Shown: positions 1 to 12,090 of the stretch, piece after piece | How the letters are laid out: each line of letters starts with the position of its first letter | Numbering within the stretch: position 1 is the stretch's first letter | NCBI RefSeq assembly: GCF_030684315.1 | Contig: NC_081359.1 | Coordinates: 99,044,947 to 99,108,946 of the forward strand | Source of the DNA: Stegostoma tigrinum | Lineage: Eukaryota | Direction of reading: 5' to 3' | Length of the DNA: 64,000 nt | Program-made: the position numbers and the translations under genes | Notes under the pieces: model-generated | What the model was told of the DNA's origin: nothing | The model's input: the letters and a program-made list of their open reading frames with translations, nothing else | Database searches by the model: none

Positions 1-64
1 TCTTTCCGACATTCAGGCCTGGAAATGGTTGGTGTTTGGACGTCAGGCAGAACAGAGCTAGACT

Positions 65-460
65 GCTGAGGGGGCGATCTAATTGAAACTTAAAATACTG
101 AATGGCCTGGACAGAGTGGATGTTGGGAAGATGCTTCCATTGTTAGGAGAGACTGGGACCCGAGGGCGCAGCCTTTGAGTAAAGGGACGACCTTTTAGAA
201 TGGAGATTAGGAGAAACTTCTTCAGCCAGAGAGTGGTGAATCTATGGAATTCACTGCGACAGAAGGCTTGTGGAGGCCAGATCATTGAATATATTTAAAG
301 ACTGAGATAGATAGGTTCTTGATTATCAGGAGGATCAGGTGTTACGGGGAGAAAGCAGGAGAATGGGGTTGAGGAACTTATCAGCCATGATTGAATGGCG
401 GAGCAGACTCAATGGGCTGATTGGCCTAATTTCTGCTCCTATATCTTATGGTCTTAAGGT
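65..460 (+). mobile_element. CR1-like LINE 3' end fragment
   Basis: Encodes the ORF2 C-terminus (RGDLIET...NFFSQRVVNLWNSL) followed by the 3'UTR and a tcttatgg repeat tail. Confidence 0.85.
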
Positions 461-545
461 CTCATGCTCTCTATGACAATATGTTTTACATTCATAGAAA
501 ACAAAAGGTGTTGCTAAACACAAGAGCATGGACAGGCAGGTACAA

Positions 546-546
<1 letters not shown>

Positions 547-579
<33 letters not shown>

Positions 580-588
580 TGTGTGTGC
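547..588. repeat. Compound (TC)n(TG)n microsatellite
   Basis: Seen directly. Confidence 0.95.
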
Positions 589-719
589 ACAGCTCTTTAA
601 TGTCGTTCAACAAATTAATAATTCGAAGGAATTTGTGAAAGCTTAATTTAGAAAGTTATTGGGCGTTGATGCAGTCTACACCTTTGATGAGCGAAAATAA
701 AACAAAGAACATGATGGAG

Positions 720-905
720 ATCCGAAACAAGAAAAACCTGAAAGTGCTGGAGAAACTCGGCGGATCCGGAAGCTTCATCTGTAGATAGAGAAACAAAGTT
801 TCCAGTTCACCTTCAGAAGGAAAGTCTCGAAACATGAATTCCGATTCTCTCTCCACAGATACTGCCAGATCTGTTGAGTTTCTCCAGCAGTTTCAGTTTA
901 GATTT
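720..905. mobile_element. Old Penelope-type inverted-repeat element (family B)
   Basis: Arms gctggagaaactc...atctgtagatagagaa and ttctctctccacagat...gagtttctccagc are reverse complements. Same family as 19175-19396. Confidence 0.6.
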
Positions 906-1169
906 ATATTCTAGCCAGCGCTCTGACTAGAGGAAACTTTGCGGTTCGTAATGCCTCACGATTTCTAAACACATACATTTCCGGATGGGCAGGACAAGCC
1001 ATTAGCTTTTCTTTCTCTGTATAAACGACTCGATAATAATACTGTGTTATTTCAGACTCCAGCATCTACAGTTTTTAATATCCCTCAATAATAATGCTGC
1101 GAGTAGCACCTTTCGTGGCTGTAACACGGCCCCAGGTTTCTGTAAAATGAAGAGCATTTAAAACGCGTT

Positions 1170-1545
1170 CTCAGCTCTGCTCAAGAGTCACCTGCCGTCG
1201 AAACATTAGCTGGCTCTTTCTCCAAGGACGCTGCCTGACCCGTTGTGATTTCCAGCATTTTTTTGATCAGTGCAGATTCCAGCATCTATAGTACTTTGCT
1301 CTTCCTTCTCTGCTGTAATTTTGTTTCGGTCGCGCGTTCCTTTCAGAACAGCGAAACTGCCTCTCACCGACGGATAACTCGTGAAGGAAGGAAGGGAAGA
1401 ATTCGTGGCGCTTGGAGATAGCGAGAGCTGCAAATGCTGGAGCCAGAGACGATACAGTGTGGAGCTGCAGGAACACAGCAGCTCAGGCAGTAACGGAGGA
1501 ACGGGAAAGTTGACGTTTCGAGTCGGGATCCTTCTTCAGCAAAAT
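1170..1545. mobile_element. Two Penelope-type terminal-repeat fragments in opposite orientations (1170-1300 +, 1420-1545 -)
   Basis: Both carry the ttccagcatct-type terminus. The minus strand at 1508-1540 reads ctgaagaaggatcccgactcgaaacgtc, a hammerhead-like core. Confidence 0.55.
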
Positions 1546-4500
1546 TATGGCGTTTGTTTGTGTAAAGCAATCGGACTCTGAATTTTATTATCTTGGACTC
1601 TGAACATATTCCAAGTTTGTCAAACATGCGATTCCAAGAGCAAGGGTGTTCTTCCATGTTACTATATGACTGCAATCATTTATAAACACTCTGCTCAATG
1701 CTTGGAGTGTTGAAACAGAATGAGGGCAAACAGATAGTACAGGGCGGTGGAAGGGGAGAGAGCCAGTGAGTGAGTCACTCCTGTTCCGGTTTCGTCAGTT
1801 CTTATCAAGGGAGATGCAGCTCGTGTGAGCAGTTCGAGACGAGATCGAAGATCAGTCACTGATCCTAATGAGTGGTGCACTCGACTCAAATAGGCCGAAA
1901 GCTCTCATTTCTTATGACCTTATAGAATTGATGGTAGGAAAGTGGAGTGCCAGATGGTGGATTGATGTGCGAAGTCAACGAAAAGAAAGATAGAAAGAGG
2001 GACCCCAGATGGAAGTATGAATTCGAAATCTGTTTTTTACATGTGACTTCGCAAGGATCTGATATCTGGAAATGCCATGTTTGCTTCCATGCATATGATG
2101 GCAGCCACTAAGCTGAAGCTAGCTGGTATAAACCTCCTGTTCAAAATTAATTCAACTCAGTGCTAAAATGAAGCTAGGCTCAACAGCGCTGAGCCTCTGC
2201 ACCCCTCTCATTCTGGCCTCTTACCCAACCCCACACTGCTCCATCATTGGTGGTTGCAGTCTTAGCTGCTTCGATACAAGGTGGACTGTCAATAATCCTT
2301 TTGTCTGCTCACCTTTCTCTCTCTGAATTCTGTACCCGCTCAGCCCTCACCACCCATCCCTATCATCAACATGGATAACACCTTATAACAGGTGTTACCA
2401 GTTCTAAGAAAACGTTGAGTCAGGTTTTCATTCCATGGACGCTGCCAGACCTGCTAAGTTTCCCCAGGACTTTCTGTGCGCCGTTGTTCTAAAATGCACT
2501 GCCCTATTCGAACCATTGCCTCCCCATCCATTCAGACCCTTTTCTGAACAATCCCCATCTTTCTTTCTTTCTCTCTCTCTCTGTCTCTCTCTCCAACCTT
2601 TCCTTACTTTTCCTCGTATCTTTTTAAATGACTCGCTGTCAGTTTTTGATTCGTTTGCTAAAGGCCGCGATGTAAAGGGCTACTTATGAATCCCGGTCGC
2701 TCCACTCTGTACGTACCAATATTTGCACGAAACTATGTCACACTGAGCTCACTCAAAAAGACTTTAGAACCAGTGTGTAACGTTGGGAATGCAATGCCCC
2801 CCTGAACATTACGTAAAGTACCTACCATTTCAATGAAGACCCGATTGAGTTAAAAAAAACAGTCGCAAAGCATTGGAAGAGAAAGTGCGGACCGACAGTT
2901 CGCGCAACTGAAATAAGAGTTAAATCTCTCCCACAGTTCAAAAACCTCTTCATTTAAGAAACTCAGTCCAAGAACTCCAAGTGCCTCTCTATATAAAGTA
3001 AACATTGTCACTTCTGATTACAGCAAACTCAACATACAGGAACTGATAGTGCTTTCTACATAACGCTGTTAAAATGAAAGTGGTTTGTTTATTTAATGAG
3101 CGAAATGTCACAACACATTGTTGCTGTGATATATGAATCGGTGGCAGGTGTTGGTGGCAGATTCACTGAAATAGGGGCTGAGGAATTAACAAATTTAATT
3201 TGAGTTAGATCCGCAACCTTTCATGGAAACGTGGTCTGATTTCCCAGTCTTTGGATTGCCCCTTTGTCCTGGCCCGAGGATGAGTATTTTTTTTCTCTTT
3301 CTTTCGCCTTTTAGAAACGCCAACTTGGAGAGAAGGGAGAGTATCCATTCACATTGACAACACTGGCAGCCAAGGCTACTCTCCTCTGTCTAGGCAAAAC
3401 GACTGAACTATTGTACCAGCAGGGCTGCTGAGAACTGGAGCAAATTCGTCCCACTGCAATTTACTCGGCGCACATTTGACTCCAGTTCACGCCTTCTAAG
3501 GCCGCGACAGTAGGAGGGTGCTACGGTCAATTAAACTCATCGTTTCATCAATACACACACAGAAATGGAAGATGCATTTGAGGCGCTATTTAAAAAGACA
3601 TCTGCAATCAATTATACATTAACCCACGCCGAGTTGATTTGCCAACAAGTTGCCCTCTTCTCTAACGCACCCCCTCCATTTGATAAATTAATATAGACTT
3701 TCATCTTTTTTTAAAAAATAAAATGATCAATTTCAAAGTCAGGCCAACTTTAATTCTCCTCCAGCAGGCTGCACTCCCCCTCCCGTTCTGAACTGGCAAT
3801 TAAAATCCTCAATGAGCAACCCCAGTGGGGGAGAAGGGACTGAATTGGGTAAAACCTCTCTTACTTGCCCCTTTTGGGACCCGTCCCTTCCTTGCTAACT
3901 CTTCAAATCGAGGTAGCCGTGTAACAGTGAGAAGTGGCGAGTAATGTGCACGCATTTCGTGAAATTTCACAGAAAGGAAGCGCCGTCCTCTCTGACATCA
4001 TAAACAGAGAGAAAGCAACGACTGGCTCAAGTGGCGAGACGCTGTTTTTGAGGGAGGGTATTGGGGAGTGGAGAAAAGTAAATTGGAAAAGGTAAGGATG
4101 GCTGAAAACTAGATAGCTAGAAGAGCTCCTGATTACAAGAATGGTCGGTAATTAAAAATAATTAGGAAGCAGTTATGCCACTAAATCTTCTAAGTGTGCC
4201 AGTTATGATCTAATGATTCTCATTAGACATGCTGAAAGCTGTGAGCTCTGTATGACAGCAGCAATTAGAGGGATCATAGCAAAATATTATAAATATCCAT
4301 GCTAAGACTCGCTTTCGCTTAATGGCCACTTCATTAGCTAATTGATTCCTTATTAGTTACAGGCAAAGTCTGGTTAGGGCTCCACCACAGCTAATTAACA
4401 TCGTATAAACACTTAATAGTCGAATGTTCATTTTTTTTGTATGCTGGTGAATGCAAAACAACTTAATATTCAAATACAACTGCTGCTGAGGGCGTTTGCT

Positions 4501-7500
4501 TTAGTTTTGACTAATATTACACAAATGGCGTGCTCTTTCTCATTGCCTTAAAAAGGCAGAACGCAAGGCAATGTCGAATTTGGAGAGGTGTGAGATGGTG
4601 GGGGAGGGAGTGGTGGATGGGGATTAACAGATCCCCTTTCTGCTATCATTACTTCTCTCTCTCTCAACACCCCATCGAGGCGGCTCCCCACACGAAAAAC
4701 ATTTACGACATAAGGACATCAATTCCATCAAGAGTCACACACACATCTGTTTAAACGTGTTTTTTAAAAGAACATATTTAGTGCTTAATTGGAAAATAAG
4801 TTACAGAGCGAACTGATATCCCCAAAAAGCTTCGTGCAAAGCGTCTGAAGTTACAATTTTTGTGTTTAAAAATAACCTGTTCCTTGTCAATCTTGGTTCA
4901 AAGTTTCCTTTTTAATTGGCGAAATCAGTTTAAATTAAAACAAGTGACTTCCATACTACTTAACATGCGTTCATCTTATAATTTGCAAGGCAGCCAGCAA
5001 GATTACACAATGCCGTTTCCTTCCTTGCATTGCGGTATGTAATTCAATAAAATTCACATGAAGATTATTAATGCTTTCTACATGTACGCGAAAAAACCTA
5101 ATTAAAGGCTGTCTTTTCTAGGAGGTGATCGGACCACAATAAAGAGAAACGATTTCCAGGCAGCATTTGTAATGATTGAATTTTGTTTGTTTTGTTGTAG
5201 CTAATGCTTACATCCCTGGCGAGCGTTCTTTTGAAACTCAAAGCTTCGTGTCGATTAAGCAGTGGTCCTTTATTCCTCAGCACTTTTTTTCATCTAATCG
5301 GGCGTTGAAACTCCAACACTTGGCGGGTAATCGCTCCCCTCATCTAACAAACCGTAAAATAAAATATTGGAATGATAAACTACTCAATCACGCAACGTTC
5401 AACCTCCCCTAATAGGGGTGAGTTTGCCCTTTGTGTGACTCCAGTTCCTAAACATTTTATGTATGGGACTGAAAAGTGGCATTCAATTTGATTTTATTTT
5501 TTACTCTGGCAATAAGAAGTACCAAGTACCCTTTAACTTTAAAGGGGCTATTTTCCGTTTTTCTTTTTTAATTCCAACTGATTTATTTTCGAAGTTCTCA
5601 GGTATTTCATAGTTAAAGTTTATTTTCAGCTCGCCTCTTCATGTACATAATTTAAATTGAGATAAGTTGCGATAGCCGCTCACTAATGACACCGGGCCTG
5701 GATGAATGCATCGAATGGTGTGGCATTTCGATCTATAGATCATAATTATTTCCAATGAAACACAGCTAAAAGTGCAGGATATTATGGTTAGTGGAAGAAA
5801 GAATTGCAAAGGGACAGTCGTTAGAGGGGAGAGCACAACATTTGAAACCACAACGTGGGACCAAATTGCTGCAGATGCTGGGAATCTCGAAGACAGATGT
5901 ATTGCCGTATAAATTAAAGCAGGTAACACTATTCAAGCCTAAAGAGCAATTTCTTAAGAGCAGGATTTAAAAAAAGCTTTTTAAAAGAAAACTAAATCGA
6001 TTCATTTTGAGCGGTGGAAATATGGAGAAGTTGCGTCGCTGTAAAAAAGATCATATAAAATATCATCGTTGCTTGGAAATCGATTGAGAACAGCACCGAG
6101 GGGATTTCAGACATGAAAGCTATGTGTGTGTGTTTTTATGAACGGATTTCCTTGACCTAATAAATACTGGACGGTCTCAAAGAAAATCAAGTCCGTACTA
6201 AATTTTAACTCCATCAAATAAACATCTAGGCATCCAAACGAGAATAGATATTTTGAGATGGTATGGCCATAAAGATTTCAGTTGTGTTCTTAAAACTCCC
6301 CGGTGGTTTCTAGAGAGTGAATTCGGGTATCTACTTAACGTAGTTGTAATGAATTCGCTGTTAATGAAGATCTATTAGCCCCTGGTCCCAGCATATTTGA
6401 GTCTGTCGCAAAGTGAAATGTAAACCATTCAATTGTTGTGTTAAGAATACGTATATTTTACACACGATACAGCAATCTGCCATTAACAGGGTGATTCCCC
6501 CTACTAGATAAACCTTATGTACACACCCCGAGGTGATTTTTTTTGACACGGCTGTATGCGTTTGGTCTGTTATCCTGACCCCCACCCCCTCCGTTTTGAC
6601 AGGTATTGTCTAAAACCGTGCTATTAATACTGATCAGTATCTGTTAGATGGAGAGAACATAATCATTCAAACAGCCACAACTGACTGGCGCTCTAAGGAG
6701 GGCATGGCGCTTCAAAACTCCGTGTGTTCTCGCAGCCTCTCTCGGCACCTCCGTCTCGGAGACGCGAAGACACTAATGGATTGATTAATCTCTGGTGAAC
6801 TGCATAATGGGACGTGTGAAATTAGAAGGCGGCCCGTTATTTACCGGAGCAGCTCCATCTTCCGGTGCATTTTCCTTGACACGATTCCACCGGCCCTTGG
6901 AGAACAATAAATCGTGATTAATATTTCACTGGGAAGGCAATGATCTTTCCCCCTTTTCCCTTTATTTATCCATCCGCCCGGCTAACGCCTCTTGGTTTAA
7001 CGCAAGCTTTACCTAAGACTATTGTACCTAAATGCTCATTGACAAAGCATTGAGGGCTCTGCAGAGCAACTGCTGGAGCCCCATTTGAGCCCCAGGTCTC
7101 TCTCTCTCTCTCTCTGCGCTGCCTGCCCCTGGGGGTGTTGTTAGATTGCAAACCCACACGTGTAATCCACGTCAATGCACCAACATAAGTCACATTCAAA
7201 AAAATGCTGGGGATGGCTTTGAACTCTGCGCCATTATTTTAAGCGCATCTCAATCAGGCAACAAGGCTATCGTTATTCACCTAAGACAAGTTCATTAAGA
7301 TTCCAACGCGTTTTGAAATGTTATCCAATTCTCCAACTATGCTACAGTTCAGGATTTTTGGAGTGGTTGAGTTCCTGGCCGGGGTGTCTGTTTACAAAGA
7401 AACATAGCGGGACATCTCTCATGAACTTTTGATATAGACTTTGTTTTTGGAGGGGGAATTACAGTGGAAATATTTTCAGCCCCAATTTGTGACTTTATCA

Positions 7501-8309
7501 ACAACTGATCGATTGGTTATTCGCGGTCGAGTGGCTGTGGGCGTTGTTGATAAAGCCGGGGTGGCTGTGAAAGGGGCTCATGTTTGCTCCCAGTTCATCC
7601 GGAGGTTCAGATTGTTTTTCTTTAATCTCACCCCCTCCAACCTCCCAACTTGCACAACAGATCTCCCTCGCTGCAAAATAAACAATGAGAAACGGTGACG
7701 GTCCGGAAGAAGCCACGAGCCACAAATCGTGTTGCTGTTCATCTACTGAAGAAGGGAAGGGGAAGGGGAAGTTATATGAACTTGGCATGGGAAAGTCCCG
7801 AGCCTTCCGAGTTCATTTGGAAAAAGTTAGGTTGATCACGGGGTGTGGGGCCGGGGGAGCCAGGAAGCCAATGCATAAATCTCACACGAAGCGGCTACAA
7901 ACCTTGGCGAGGAAGAAGGCTATGTGATGGGGCACATGTTTCCACAACACTGGGTTAAAGTGGGACTGACACCCATCTATAAGAGACACCCCACAGGGCA
8001 TATCAAGCGGCTGTCAAACACTAACAATGCACTTTGAGCAGGTCCGTGAGGAGTTATTAATGGGTCCTCATAACAAACACACGACGTCGCTCAGCAACAT
8101 ACTCCTTCTCAATGACAAACACTGAGGTAGGGAGGAAACGGAATTCAAAGGCGCGGGCAGTGAAGAGGTCACATAATAACTGAGAAGAAGTTTACCTTCA
8201 AGGCGCCTGTTTTGAACCAAGGTTAGATTTCCACCAGTTGAAGCGAGCTATTCTATCCTACAGCAATTCTCACTCAAATTCGCTTGTATTCGTCTGAGGG
8301 GGTTTTGGA

Positions 8310-9110
8310 GACTCGTTGAGGGAGAGGTGGAAACGTGAATGGGTAGGTATTGGGAGGGCAGTGGGGAGAGAAGTGGCAGGAGAATGGAGTAGGCAGTGGA
8401 AAGAGAAATGGAGAAATGAGGTTGGTAGGGGAAGAGGAGGAGGGGGTTGCTGCGGAAAGGAGAGTGAAGTGGAGAGGGGACTGGGGAGTGACAAGGGAAT
8501 ATAGGGGAATGGGAAAGATGAAGGGGCAGGTGAGAAGAGAGGGGCGTGGAGTGAAGAAGGGGAGCGAGTGGGGGGGAGTCAGAAACGGAAGGACTGGGAG
8601 GGGAATGAAGATGGGAGAGTAGGGGAGAGAAATGGAGAGGGGAGTAGGGTGAGAAATGGGAAGTGGGAGGGGGAGAAAAATGGAGCTGGGGAGGTAAATG
8701 GAGAGAGAAGTAGGGTGAGAAATGAAGAGGGGAGTAGGAGAGAGAAAGGGAGAGGGGAGCAGGGAAGAGAAATGGAGAAGAGGGTAGGGGGAAATGTGGA
8801 TGGGGGAGTAGGGGAGAAAATGGAGGAGGAAGTAGCGGAGAGAGATGGAGAGGGAATTGAGACGGGAGTGGGAAGGGATGGTGAGGGGAGGGAAGTGGAG
8901 AGGGGAATAGGGAGAGAAATGGAGAGTGGAGATTAGAGTGAAGTAGGGATGGAGTAGAGAGGACAATTGTGAGGGGTGAAGTGGGGAATTAGGAAGACAA
9001 TGGGGAGGATAATGAAATGGGGACGGAAGAAGAAAGGGGAGTGGGTTGAAGAAAGGAATGGAGAGGGGCTTGGAGAAGAGACCGGGCAGTGGAGCGGAGA
9101 GGGGAGTGAA
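8310..9110. repeat. Degenerate purine-rich (G/A) minisatellite with an approximate 25-bp unit gggagagaaatggagaggggagtag
   Basis: gagaaatggag recurs many times and C is almost absent on the + strand. Confidence 0.85.
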
Positions 9111-11279
9111 AAGTTTGTCAATTCAAGCATTTCGCGTTGTTTTTATTTTACACAAAGTGCAAACCCATCCCCAGAATTATTAACGTCACTCGGACGGTGA
9201 ATCGTATCTGGCCCCTGGAGCCAGGCTACAAACCCTCAAGACAAGTTGCACGTCATTTCTGAACAGTGAAGGCACAAGGACACCGACCTCTCTCCTGGGT
9301 TACCTCCTCATTCCAGCTCACCTGCCGGAAGGCGCAGCAGTATATTGTTGCTGACAATTCAGTATCTTAAATCCGAGGCTAGGGTCTAGCTCCAAAATTG
9401 CGAACCCAGGAAAGTTGCATGGTGCCCGTATCCTTTGAAGCTGATACCACACTCACACTTTCTTCTCCACCCCAGCCTGGGGAAGGTTAAAGCAGAGCAG
9501 TACATTTGGGCAAAGGCACTGCCACACATCTGTATCGGTCTTTACTCTGGGGCGTCACAGCAAGTAGCAGAAATGTAACGGAATTCGACTAGGGTGACAT
9601 AATTCCTGGGTGTGCAAACACACTGAAGACAAGCTGGGTTTAAGCCAGACCGGATTTTCTGCTCGGTATCTCCCAAAACAATAATGTATTGTGACTTACT
9701 AAAAAGGTTGCTTTTGTCAAAACGTTGCTAATAACGTTGGAAAGTCGCGCATAACTGATCGGATTTGTAATTTGCAAGGACAGAAATTGGGGACGGGTTA
9801 AGTTTTCCTTAATTCAGTCCTTCCCAATTCTTGAAATCACACGCATTACGAAATGTAATTTTATTTTCATTTAAAAAAAGGTCATCTTCACTCATTTTAA
9901 GTGGATTTGTTGATTTGGAGATTCTAATATTAAAATTCAGGTGAATTTCTTCTTCTAGTAATGTGCTATGGTGAAGGCACAAATGGAGCACTGCAGAGTG
10001 CATGCGTGAGTTTGATGTGAAGAGGGGAGCTTTGTGGCTATAACTGGGTTCGAGAGCCGGAGAGCAGGAACTGTGTACCTTTATTTATTTACCTATAAAT
10101 ATTAGGGCCCAACAATAACATATCCAGGAACCCCGTGGATTCCTACTTGGCGCTTTTATTCAGGCGGTCTGTTGGTGAACGAGGAACGGAGATTCTCTCA
10201 CGTTTCAATATTTTCGATGAACGGTATCCTCTATCAGTGCCAAAGGATGGACTGTAGGTGGACTATTTGTTCATTTGCGCGCATATTGAATTAAGGACTT
10301 CATTCCATGTCACTTTTAAAAAGAAATCTATATCGGAGGTGACATATAGATGAAGCAATACAATAACTGTCAAGATCGGTCACTGTAAAAAACGAGCGAT
10401 GGTATTTTGCTCCCACCTGTATAATATGTTAAAATCCATGTCGTAACATTTCTGCAAATTTGGGGAGCCGATTCTCTTAAATTTTGTTTTTAGAAAGGAG
10501 CAACTCTTATTGCAAACATTAGTTTCTTTCCTCGCTAACTTTACCTCGTTCGGTATGTTGCGATTTTAAATGCAACAACAATGTCATTCACCAAGAGAAA
10601 AATTAATAATTGCATGAGATGCTCGCCTCACTTGGGGTCGTTGGCCTCCTTAAACTATAAGCTGCAGAAACTGATCACTTACCCAGAGACCTAGAGACGC
10701 GGCATCACCACAGCCCGCCTTATATATTTTGGGTATAATTAATAGCCGACAGGTACTCATTCTGAAGGATTAACTAACAAGTGATCTGCATAAACAAACG
10801 TATCTAGTGCGACGATTATATAATTAGATAGAAGGTAAACATGAGATATAAATTTAAAAACTAAAGCTAATTTCATCTTACGCATCAGAACAGACTTGCG
10901 AAAATGCAAAGATATCAAATTAAATACCGGAACACAATAATTTGCAATCGGAAGGTCGAATATACATAAATATACACACAACCGTGTTATTTTGTCATGT
11001 AAAACGCCTCTGTCGCATTTGGTCCAATAATGATGACAAAAGACATAGTGATTTTGCTGCCCTTTGTGTGCATTAGTTAGACAGGTGGCCTGTGTATGTT
11101 GAGCCTTTCTTAAATGCAATAAAATTAACCTATGTGCACACCCCCTACCCAAACACACCAGCGTTCTGCAACCGTGAGACTGGTGAGTTTAGTTTGATCC
11201 GCTGCCACTGAAATCGGCGACTTGCAGTGATTTCCCTATGTAAACAGTTGCCACACGTCTCGGGTGTTTACCCAAGTAA

Positions 11280-11849
11280 TGGGAGAGCAATAATAGGATT
11301 GTAATTGAATTAAAAGAATCCTATTCGGTTACTGGATTAGCGACAGAGAGAGAGAGAGAGAGCAGTTGGGGTGGGGGTTTGTGGTGGGGAGGAGGTATAC
11401 AGGTTGTATGATCCACGCGTCTGAGACGTATTCAACTGAATAATTGCCGAAGAGATGGAAGGGGGGTGGGTGTATGTATGTGTGTGTTGGGAGTGGGAGG
11501 TGGGCTCTGATCGCCAAGTATAAATACTCTGATCTCAAATAGTAACACATAACACCAGGGCCCGATCTCCCTCCGCCAACACCCCTCCCAACAGCATGTA
11601 ACAAGGTGGTTAGCAACATATCAAGGCATCATTGCAAACACATTGTGGACAGAAGGAGGGAACGGGGTGGTTGGGGGGGGGGAGGGAGGGAGGGAGGGAG
11701 AGTGCGTGGGGGCTGGATTTTTTTTCTCTCTTTCTGCCGGCTCGGAGGCTGTTTGTACACAAACACACACACACACACACACACACACAACACGCTGAGA
11801 AGGGGAGACACATACATATTCAAAAGAGCAGCGAGCGGGTGAGCTAACC
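11280..11849 (+). promoter_or_regulatory. Candidate SHOX proximal promoter and 5'UTR: TATA-like TATAAATA at 11519-11526, RFX-like GGTTAGCAAC near 11607, G-runs, (CA)n
   Basis: Motifs seen directly, about 330 bp upstream of the ATG. The TSS cannot be determined from sequence alone. Confidence 0.45.
11763..11789. repeat. (CA)n microsatellite in the putative 5'UTR
   Basis: Seen directly. Confidence 0.95.
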
Positions 11850-12090
11850 ATGGAGGAGCTGACGGCGTTCGTCTCTAAATCTTTCGAGCAAAAAAGCAAG
11901 GATAAGAAAGAAGCGATCACTTATCGGGAAGTTCTGGAGAGCGGGCTAGCTCGATCCAGGGAACTGAGTGGCTCAGATTCCAGCTGCCAAGAGATCACTG
12001 ACACCAACCATTGCACAACACACGTTTACAAGGATGTGGAGAACGAGAACGAGAAAGTAAAAGACTTGAACTCCGCCAGAACTTCTGAAG
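11850..12090 (+). CDS. SHOX: SHOX coding exon 1 (241 nt, N-terminus [12 protein letters not shown]...[17 protein letters not shown])
   Basis: ATG is in a Kozak context (aaccATGG). The translation matches the SHOX N-terminus as I recall it ([10 protein letters not shown] is SHOX-type rather than SHOX2-type). Donor GAAG|gtaggc at 12090/12091, phase 1. Confidence 0.96.

Noticed and set aside
8270-9200. Long ORFs on both strands (up to 230 aa)
   Set aside because: They are by-products of the low-complexity purine tract, which has few stop codons.
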